Shown here piece by piece: positions 7,444-13,888 of a DNA stretch of 32,000 bases. Position 1 is the stretch's first letter, and each line of letters starts with the position of its first letter. The translations under genes were made by a program, and so were the position numbers. This DNA is from Mucisphaera calidilacus. Lineage in GTDB: Bacteria > Planctomycetota > Phycisphaerae > Phycisphaerales > Phycisphaeraceae. Location of the stretch: NCBI RefSeq assembly GCF_007748075.1, contig NZ_CP036280.1, positions 2,550,001 to 2,582,000 on the forward strand. The letters run 5' to 3'. The notes under the pieces are model-generated. The model worked only from the letters and a program-made list of their open reading frames with translations. It did not search any database and was not told the origin of the DNA.

Positions 7444-7875
7444 ATGCCAACCCACGCTAACTCCCCCACCATCCGCTTAGGCACCCCCACCGACTTCCCC
7501 CACATCGACCGCTTCGACCCCTTCGCCGGCGACCGTCAAATCGAACTCGCCCAGAACCGAGTCTTCGTCGCTGTCATCGATGACCTCGTCATCGGCTACA
7601 CCACCTTCACCAACCCCGGCTTCATCGGCCACCCCTTCATCAACTACCTCGCCGTCGGCCAACCCCACCGACGCCAAGGCGTCGCCACCGGCCTGCTCCA
7701 CACCGCAACCAGCCACCTCGGCCCAGCCAGAATCTTCGCCTCAACCGAAGACAACAACGCCGAGATGCTCGCCTTCTTCGACAAGGAGAAATGGACTCAC
7801 GCCGGTACCATCCAAGGCGTCAACAAAGATGGATCCGCCGAATGCTTCTTCTACTATGACATCAGACAGGCCTAA
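7444..7875 (+). CDS. GNAT-family N-acetyltransferase
   Basis: 143 aa. Acetyl-CoA binding motif A: YLAVGQPHRRQGVATGLL. The fold length is typical, and the gene starts 36 nt after the VOC gene. Confidence 0.85.
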   Translation: MPTHANSPTIRLGTPTDFPHIDRFDPFAGDRQIELAQNRVFVAVIDDLVIGYTTFTNPGFIGHPFINYLAVGQPHRRQGVATGLLHTATSHLGPARIFASTEDNNAEMLAFFDKEKWTHAGTIQGVNKDGSAECFFYYDIRQA

Positions 7876-8103
7876 GAAGCACTTTGTAGCAAGCTAGCAT
7901 AGGCTGCGGCCATGGTTTGTAAGTCACTCATGAACCCACTCAGGCACAAGTGTATGAAATAGATGGGATATCCACGCCTGCCGCTATAAAGCAAAGTAAC
8001 TAAGTCTTAAGACCGCTAATGCTAATTTTATCTCACTAGATACACAAATCGAATCATACTCTTAGAATTCTTCATACGTATACGATCTTGTGTATTTTAG
8101 ACA

Positions 8104-8478
8104 TTGTGGCTGCGCGGTAACGAATCAATTGATCGTGTCCTGGACATCGCGAGGGACCGTTTCTGTGGCGATGGATTCCGCGGCGTCGGGACGGATTGGA
8201 TCACTTCGGACGCACAGGCTCCCAAGCGAAGTCCTTACAAGCACTTTCCTTCGAAAGATGAGCTGGTGGCTCGTGTTCTGAAACGCGAACGCGGCCGGTG
8301 GCGAGAAAACCTTTCTGCGGAGTTGAATCACCGGGGGTTGGACCCGGTGTCGAAAATCCTGGCGTGGTTCGATTTGCTGGAGGAAGCGATAAGCATCCCG
8401 CACGACCGCGGGTGCATCTTCATCAACGCCTCGATCGACTACCCCGGCGATCGCGCCAGAATCAGGGGGTGGGAGTGA
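8104..8478 (+). pseudogene. TetR-family regulator, C-terminally truncated and probably degenerate
   Basis: TetR N-terminal region: IDRVLDIARDRFCGDGFRGVGTDWITSDAQAPKRSPYKHFPSKDELVARVL. Prolines sit in the expected recognition helix. The ORF is only 124 aa, where the family is usually about 190-210 aa. The reading frame runs into repeat copy B and stops there. Confidence 0.55.
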
Positions 8479-8556
8479 AAAAAAGTACCGGTTGTGGGGA
8501 GCGTGGTTAAGGTGGGGTGAGCGCTGTTTCCTGTCGGCAAGATTACGGGCAATGGC
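8459..8556 (+). repeat. copy B of the ~100-bp dispersed direct repeat
   Basis: GAATCAGGGGGTGGGAGTGAAAAAAAGTACCGGTTGTGGGGAGCGTGGTTAAGGTGGGGTGAGCGCTGTTTCCTGTCGGCAAGATTACGGGCAATGGC. It aligns with 5527-5626 in the same orientation. Confidence 0.85.
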
Positions 8557-8601
8557 GTAGAGAAGAATCGTATGAGTTTGTCGGAGCCTGGAGAAATCGA
8601 C

Positions 8602-8641
8602 TTGACAGGGATTTTTCTCCGTGTATTGTTACCGGTAACAA
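8602..8641 (+). promoter_or_regulatory. candidate sigma70-type promoter with overlapping 16-bp perfect palindrome (LacI-family operator candidate)
   Basis: TTGACA at 8602-8607, a 16-nt spacer, then TATTGT at 8624-8629. The perfect palindrome TTGTTACCGGTAACAA lies at 8626-8641. Its 14-bp core TGTTACCGGTAACA fits the generic LacI/GalR operator pattern TGNNANCGNTNNCA. It sits about 70 nt upstream of the LacI-family gene. Confidence 0.45.
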
Positions 8642-8708
8642 GATCAGAGGTTTCAGCAGCGGTTTCGCTCTCGCGTCCTTGTCGATTCATGAGGTATTGC
8701 TCGTGTCG

Positions 8709-9755
8709 GTGACGAATCAAACCACGATGGAAGATCTCGCCAAGCGGCTGGGCGTCACGAAGATGACGGTGTCCCGGGCTATGCGTAGTGATTCACCGGT
8801 GAACAAGGAGACGCGTCGGCGTGTGCTCGAGGCCGCCGAAGAGATGGGCTATCGTCCGAACAGCGCGGCGAAGGCGATGGGTTCGGGGAAGTTCGGCAAC
8901 GTCGCGCTGGTCACCGGCGACAATCCTTACTACAGCCTGATGCCGCCGATGATGCTTCGGGGGCTGGACGGGGCTCTGGCTGAGGCCAACGTGCACCTGA
9001 CCTGCAGCCACTTCACGAACGAGCAGCTGACCAACTCGAAGTTTGTGCCCAAGATTGCGAAGTCTCTCTTCGTCGATGGGATGCTGATCAGTTACAACGC
9101 CAAGATCCCGGCGCGGATGATCGAGCTGATTGAGGAGTGCCGCAGCCCGACGGTGTGGATCAACTCTCGGCACGACCACGACTGTGTTCGTCCGGATGAC
9201 TCGCAGGCGGCTTCTGCTGCCACGCGTTCGCTGCTTGAGCTGGGTCACACGCGATGCGCATTCGTGATTCCTCACCGGAACGTTGCCCGTCCGGATGAGC
9301 CTGAGCATTACAGTGAGATTGACCGGATCGAGGGGTATCGGAAGGAGATCGCCTCAGCAGGTTTGACTCCTCTGATCATCGGCGACCCCAATCCCGAACA
9401 GCTGCCTGAGAACGGGCGGAATGTGAAGGAGCTGTCGGAGCACTTTCGGCATCCGGAGCGGCCGACCGCCGTCGTCTGCTACAGCATGGTTCAGGCCACA
9501 CGGGTGTATGCGGCCGTTCTGCTGGCGGGTCTTCGCATTCCCGAGGATGTGTCGCTTGTCACGTTCGACGGCGAGATGCCGGGGCTCGTCCCGCTGCCGA
9601 TCGATGCGATGGTGGTGCCTGAGTATGCCATCGGGCAGGCCGCGGGGCTGGCGATGCTTGAGAAGATCACCAGCCCCGACAAGCCTATTCCGTCCCGGGT
9701 GCTCGGATTTACCTGGCGTTGCTGCGGCTCTTCGCGGCCTCTTGATTCTGTTTAA
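8709..9755 (+). CDS. LacI-family transcriptional regulator
   Basis: N-terminal HTH: TMEDLAKRLGVTKMTVSRAMRSDSPVNKETRRRVLEAAEEMGYRPNSAAKAM. A periplasmic-binding-protein-like sugar-binding core follows. I placed the start at GTG 8709; ATG 8727 is an alternative. The track ORF start at 8517 would add about 65 non-homologous residues that cover repeat B and the promoter. Confidence 0.9.
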   Translation: MTNQTTMEDLAKRLGVTKMTVSRAMRSDSPVNKETRRRVLEAAEEMGYRPNSAAKAMGSGKFGNVALVTGDNPYYSLMPPMMLRGLDGALAEANVHLTCSHFTNEQLTNSKFVPKIAKSLFVDGMLISYNAKIPARMIELIEECRSPTVWINSRHDHDCVRPDDSQAASAATRSLLELGHTRCAFVIPHRNVARPDEPEHYSEIDRIEGYRKEIASAGLTPLIIGDPNPEQLPENGRNVKELSEHFRHPERPTAVVCYSMVQATRVYAAVLLAGLRIPEDVSLVTFDGEMPGLVPLPIDAMVVPEYAIGQAAGLAMLEKITSPDKPIPSRVLGFTWRCCGSSRPLDSV

Positions 9756-9767
9756 CGAGTTATTGTC

Positions 9768-10466
9768 ATGCGATCACGTTTTCTCAAACACGTCTTTGTC
9801 TCGGTCCTGCTGCTTGCCGCGGCTGCTGCTGTCCACGGCCAGTTGGACGACGAGTTTGCTTATGCGCAGCGGGAAGATTTCGAGCGTGTTTACACGATCA
9901 CCACGAACGAAGGGGCGACGGTCAGTCTGCTCGCAGCCCGTGAGCAGGTTCGCATCGAGGTGCCGGTGGGTGCAGAGGCGACCGTGGTGCACGGCGGTGT
10001 TGATCGGAGAGCGCCGGGCGCGACGCTGGCCATCAGCACGGTCCTGACGCGTGGGACCGGGGCGTTCACGCCGATACGGATCGGGGTCCAGGGTTCAGAC
10101 GTGCCCGAGCGGCGGGTTTATCTGCAGTTGCAGAGGAATCCATCGAAGGACCGCGTTGAGATCGTGGTTCGCAACACGATGCTGGGCGCGTCGCTCGGGG
10201 ATCAGCATCTGGGCAGCCTGATGCTTGACAAGGCCGCGGCGATTGAGTCTGCGTGGCGGCTGGAGCTGGACGACCGTGTGTTTCGCGTCTGGCACGAGGG
10301 GGAGGTTGTTCTGGACGGCCGTCACCGCATCGATGATCCCGCGGCGTTTATGGATGTCCAAGGTTTTTTCCACGCTCGACGCAATGCCGGCGGTCGAGGG
10401 GCGGTGGTTTTTGACCGCTTCGGTATCGAGGTGATTGCCGCTGAGGAGCAATCCGAGCGCGAGTGA
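9768..10466 (+). CDS. secreted protein of unknown function, paralog A (no PEP-CTERM; acidic C-terminus)
   Basis: Signal peptide MRSRFLKHVFVSVLLLAAAAAVHG. It shares clear blocks with the next gene: FTPIRIGVQ...VYLQLQ vs FTPTRFGIE...VYVQLQ, and QGFFHARRNAGGRGAVVFDRFGI vs QGFFYARKNAAGSTAVTFDNFVI. It starts 12 nt after the LacI-family stop. Confidence 0.8.
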   Translation: MRSRFLKHVFVSVLLLAAAAAVHGQLDDEFAYAQREDFERVYTITTNEGATVSLLAAREQVRIEVPVGAEATVVHGGVDRRAPGATLAISTVLTRGTGAFTPIRIGVQGSDVPERRVYLQLQRNPSKDRVEIVVRNTMLGASLGDQHLGSLMLDKAAAIESAWRLELDDRVFRVWHEGEVVLDGRHRIDDPAAFMDVQGFFHARRNAGGRGAVVFDRFGIEVIAAEEQSERE

Positions 10467-10575
10467 CAGAGAGCATGGCTTCACGTTGGCGTTCTTCGCC
10501 ATGGCCCATTTCCCAGAGTGTCCGGCAATGTTGCCGAGACCGGATTCAGTATCGCACTTATCAGGAGGACAACAC

Positions 10576-11304
10576 ATGCTTCGTCAAGACAGACTGTTCA
10601 CGAGTTGCTTCGTCGCCATCTTCGGCACCGCCGGCATCACCCAGGCCGCTTATCTCACGGACACTTTCGATTACGCGGACCAGTCTGCGTTCGAGTCTGC
10701 TTACGAGATCGACGTGGTGGGTAGTCCTGCGGTCGATTTGCAGGCGTCCGAAGGCACGGTTCGCATGACGGTGAACGGCGGTGATCAGGCGGGTGCCAGT
10801 AACAAGACGCTGTTCGTCTTCGATGCGTTCACGCCGATGTCGGTTGGTGGTGACATTGTCACGGGCGGGGGCTTCACACCGACGCGATTCGGTATCGAGG
10901 TTGCTGATGATCCTGACACTGAGGTCTATGTTCAGCTGCAGGCACGGACCACCGATACGGAGATCGTGCTCAGGCGTGTTAACAACGGGGTCAACACGTT
11001 TCTGAACAGTGTCGTGATTGGTGACAACGCGAACTTCAGCGGGACATGGCTGCTTGAGGTTGGCGCGACCGATGTCAGCGTGAGGCGTAACGGCAACCCG
11101 ATCCTGTCCGCGGTCCATGGGCTGGATTTCGCGAACTATGCGGGCGGAGCTCAGGGCTTCTTCTACGCGCGTAAGAACGCTGCGGGCTCGACCGCGGTGA
11201 CCTTCGACAACTTTGTGATTGACGGGACGGCTGTGCCTGAGCCCGGGGCGGCCATGACGCTGCTTGGCCTGGGTCTGGCGAGCCTACGCCGGCATCGTGG
11301 CTGA
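10576..11304 (+). CDS. secreted protein of unknown function, paralog B, with PEP-CTERM sorting tail
   Basis: ATG at 10576 is preceded by AGGAGGA (10563-10569). Signal peptide MLRQDRLFTSCFVAIFGTAGITQA. It is homologous to 9768..10466. The C-terminus is VPEPGAAMTLLGLGLASLRRHRG. The track ORF start at 10435 adds an unlikely N-terminal extension. Confidence 0.85.
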   Translation: MLRQDRLFTSCFVAIFGTAGITQAAYLTDTFDYADQSAFESAYEIDVVGSPAVDLQASEGTVRMTVNGGDQAGASNKTLFVFDAFTPMSVGGDIVTGGGFTPTRFGIEVADDPDTEVYVQLQARTTDTEIVLRRVNNGVNTFLNSVVIGDNANFSGTWLLEVGATDVSVRRNGNPILSAVHGLDFANYAGGAQGFFYARKNAAGSTAVTFDNFVIDGTAVPEPGAAMTLLGLGLASLRRHRG

Positions 11305-11386
11305 TTCCGGGTGAGACCGCACAGCGCCCATCGGGTCGAGAGGCTCGGTGGGCGATTGGAACTATCGACTCCCCAGGAGGTCCCTC

Positions 11387-12133
11387 ATGGCGTTAGCCAA
11401 CCGATCGCGATTCGTGCCTGCTTTTACGCTCATTGAGTTGCTTGTGGTCATATCGATCATTGCGTTGCTGATCTCGATTCTTCTGCCCGCGCTCTCTTCG
11501 GCGCGGAGGACGGCGGTGACGATTCAGTGCGGATCGAATCAGAGGCAGATCGGCATCGGCCTGTTTGCCTACACCACTGATTATGACGGGCTCCTGCCTC
11601 GCGCTTATGACCCGTCGGCGCCCGCGGAGAGTCAGAACTGGACCCGGATCGCGTTTCCGTATGTGGCGCAGGGGCGGCCGGTTCCCTCGTTCACGCAGGA
11701 CTTTGAGGAACTCGACGACTCTGAGTTCATCTGCCCGGCGTGGGAATCGGGGCTTGCCTCAGATATTGCGAATCCTGAGAACCGTGAGAAGCGTACCTAC
11801 GGCATGAACGGCGAGTATCTCAATGACGGCAATGCCCCGATGGAGGACTTCGAGCGGCCGACGGCGTTCAAGTCGATCGAGCGTGTGGCGGGCGCTTCTG
11901 ATACCATGCTGACGATCGATGCGGAGCATTTCTTCGTTCGCCACTACAACTCTTTCGGAGCTCCTCCCTCCAATGACAACATCATCTCGGTGGCTGCGCG
12001 TCACGGTGACTCGTGGAACACGTTGTTTATGGATGGTCACATCGAGCGGCTGACCGCGGACCTCATCCCGGCACCCGCGGACCCTGTTGGTGTTGCGCCA
12101 GAAACGGGCGTTGCGTTCTGGAGGGGCTTTTGA
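11387..12133 (+). CDS. prepilin-type N-terminal cleavage/methylation domain protein, H-X9-DG (DUF1559-like) family
   Basis: ATG at 11387 follows AGGAGG (11375-11380). Type IV pilin-like N-terminus: [24 protein letters not shown]. The C-terminal region has [13 protein letters not shown], which is H-X9-DG. Confidence 0.9.
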   Translation: MALANRSRFVPAFTLIELLVVISIIALLISILLPALSSARRTAVTIQCGSNQRQIGIGLFAYTTDYDGLLPRAYDPSAPAESQNWTRIAFPYVAQGRPVPSFTQDFEELDDSEFICPAWESGLASDIANPENREKRTYGMNGEYLNDGNAPMEDFERPTAFKSIERVAGASDTMLTIDAEHFFVRHYNSFGAPPSNDNIISVAARHGDSWNTLFMDGHIERLTADLIPAPADPVGVAPETGVAFWRGF

Positions 12134-13791
12134 AACGGCATTATCTCAACTCGTGGACGGTGCATAGTCTCGTGGTCTGTGTGGCACTGGTGGTGTCGGC
12201 CTCGGCATGGGGGCAGGCGGGCACTGGCACGGAGTATGACGATGCGGAGCTTCCTGTCGCTGAGGCAGCGGGTGATCGGCTGGTGCCTGCGGAGCTGGTG
12301 ATCCGTGAGGATGTGGTTCTTCGTCCGTTCGAGGCGCGGATGTTCGGGTTCAACTGGAACTGGTTTTTCGCGAATCCGATGGTGGTCGAGCCGGAGACGA
12401 ATGTGCTCCGCGATGATTTTGTCGAGGCGATGCGTGGGCTGTCGGTCCCGCTTCAGCGTATGACCGGGACGGAATCACAGTATTTTCAGTGGCGTAAGGC
12501 CACGGGTCCGTATGCGGAGAGGCAGCCGTTTTCCCTGCGTCCGTTCCACGGGTCTCCGGCAGTCCGTGTCGGCTTCGGGCCGCTGGAGTGGGTGCGTCTG
12601 ATGCGGCGGATCAATCCTGAGGTCGAGCTCGTGTGGTGCCTGAATCTCTATCAGGATGCGGCGGAGGATCACGCCGACTTCGCCGAGTTGATGATGTACG
12701 ACGGGGTTGGTAATCCGAATGGTGGGGTTGATTGGGCAGCGGTGCGTCGCAACGCGGGGATCGAGGGCCCCGCTCCGATCATCCTGTGGGAGTTGGGTAA
12801 TGAGCTTGACGAGCCCTGGCATCAGGACGTGATCCCGGATGTCGAGGCCTATATCGAGCGATGCGGGGCGGCGATTGAGGCCGTTCGGTCGATCACGCCT
12901 GGGGCTCGTTTCGCTGCTCATGCCGTGACCGCGCCCTGGAGTGAGAAGAAGAACCTGAAGAAGTTCGGCCCGGACGGGCACTGGAAAGAGTGGCACCGTC
13001 GGGTGCTTGAGGAGCTTGGCGACGAGATTGATTACATGGTGTTTCATCCTTACTACGCCGGCTATCCGATCCCGACGGTGTATCGTTTTGTCTCGGATAT
13101 CACGGACGACATTCGTCGCATCACGGGGTCTGATCGGATCAAGATTTATTTTTCTGAGCACGCGCGTTGGCCGCCGAGGCCGAGCGATGGTCGGCCGTGG
13201 TCTGCGTATTTTCACAAGAGTCATAGTCTCGAGGCGGTGTTGGCTGTCTCCGAGTTTATTAATCTCGGTCACAGCCGGAACGATGTGGCGATGATGACGT
13301 ATCACATCCTCCACGGTGGTCCCTGGCGGACCATCGACAGGCGGCCTGACGGGGAGGGTTTCTTTTTTACGGGGATCGCCGATCTGTTCAATCTCTACCA
13401 GAGCACGATGTCGGGTGCGGTGGTTGAGTCTTCGCTGGCGGGACCCGAGACGGATGTCACGTCGGACAGTCTGAGGCTGTCGGCGCTGGTGACGCGTGAC
13501 GATGACCGTAGCGGCCTGACTCTGTTTGTGGTCAACCGTTCGGCCAGCAGCACGAGGCGGCTGCGTCTCACGACCCTGGACGGGCCTTACCGGTTGACCG
13601 ATCGGTGGACCATCCATCATGAGGATCTTGACGCGCACAATACGGCCGACGACCGTCCGCTGGCGCCGCGGCATCAGGCGTACGAGGAGCCCGGGGTTCT
13701 GAGGTCGCTTGACGTTTCGCCTCAGACGATCACGGTGTTGCGTCTGACGCGGGATGATGCTGATGCTGCATCGAGAACGACGCAGCGTTAA
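12130..13791 (+). CDS. secreted clan GH-A glycoside hydrolase, GH51-like (alpha-L-arabinofuranosidase-like) with C-terminal beta-sandwich
   Basis: TTG at 12130 overlaps the upstream stop (TTGA). Signal-like region: [28 protein letters not shown]. Candidate acid/base block [13 protein letters not shown] and candidate nucleophile block IKIYFSEHA. The block [20 protein letters not shown] resembles the GH51 motif PGGNF.S.Y.W.DGIGP..RP. The C-terminal LTLFVVNRS...ITVLRL resembles the AbfA C-domain. An internal start (GTG 12160) is possible. Confidence 0.75.
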   Translation: MKRHYLNSWTVHSLVVCVALVVSASAWGQAGTGTEYDDAELPVAEAAGDRLVPAELVIREDVVLRPFEARMFGFNWNWFFANPMVVEPETNVLRDDFVEAMRGLSVPLQRMTGTESQYFQWRKATGPYAERQPFSLRPFHGSPAVRVGFGPLEWVRLMRRINPEVELVWCLNLYQDAAEDHADFAELMMYDGVGNPNGGVDWAAVRRNAGIEGPAPIILWELGNELDEPWHQDVIPDVEAYIERCGAAIEAVRSITPGARFAAHAVTAPWSEKKNLKKFGPDGHWKEWHRRVLEELGDEIDYMVFHPYYAGYPIPTVYRFVSDITDDIRRITGSDRIKIYFSEHARWPPRPSDGRPWSAYFHKSHSLEAVLAVSEFINLGHSRNDVAMMTYHILHGGPWRTIDRRPDGEGFFFTGIADLFNLYQSTMSGAVVESSLAGPETDVTSDSLRLSALVTRDDDRSGLTLFVVNRSASSTRRLRLTTLDGPYRLTDRWTIHHEDLDAHNTADDRPLAPRHQAYEEPGVLRSLDVSPQTITVLRLTRDDADAASRTTQR

Positions 13792-13888
13792 TCCTGGCTG
13801 GGCTTGTGTTGAGGGTTGCGGGGCGTCGAAGCGGGAGAGGGTTCTCCGTCGCTTGCTGTTCTGCTGCGCAGCATCCGGGGGGGGATTA

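Noticed and set aside
5350-8103. Annotating a replication origin (oriC) in the helicase-to-TetR interval
   Set aside because: The sign of the strand-bias switch, the bent-DNA array and the AT-rich spacer are suggestive. However, I found only 7/9 DnaA-box matches. No dnaA, dnaN, parAB or gidA-type marker genes are present, and the switch is a mosaic rather than a single point. I report it as a hypothesis in the findings, not as a feature.
5527-8556. Integrative island with attL/attR
   Set aside because: No integrase, recombinase or tRNA target is present. The flanking repeats are about 100 bp and only about 90% identical, unlike freshly duplicated att cores. I kept it as a repeat-bracketed segment of unknown mechanism.
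8517-8708. N-terminal extensions implied by the ORF track for several genes: LacI from 8517, paralog B from 10435, pilin-like from 11348, GH51-like from 12013, pyrH from 21228, acs from 21150
   Set aside because: The extensions are non-homologous. They overlap upstream genes, the repeat or the promoter, and would bury signal peptides or conserved N-termini. Internal starts with ribosome-binding sites or family-consistent N-termini are preferred.
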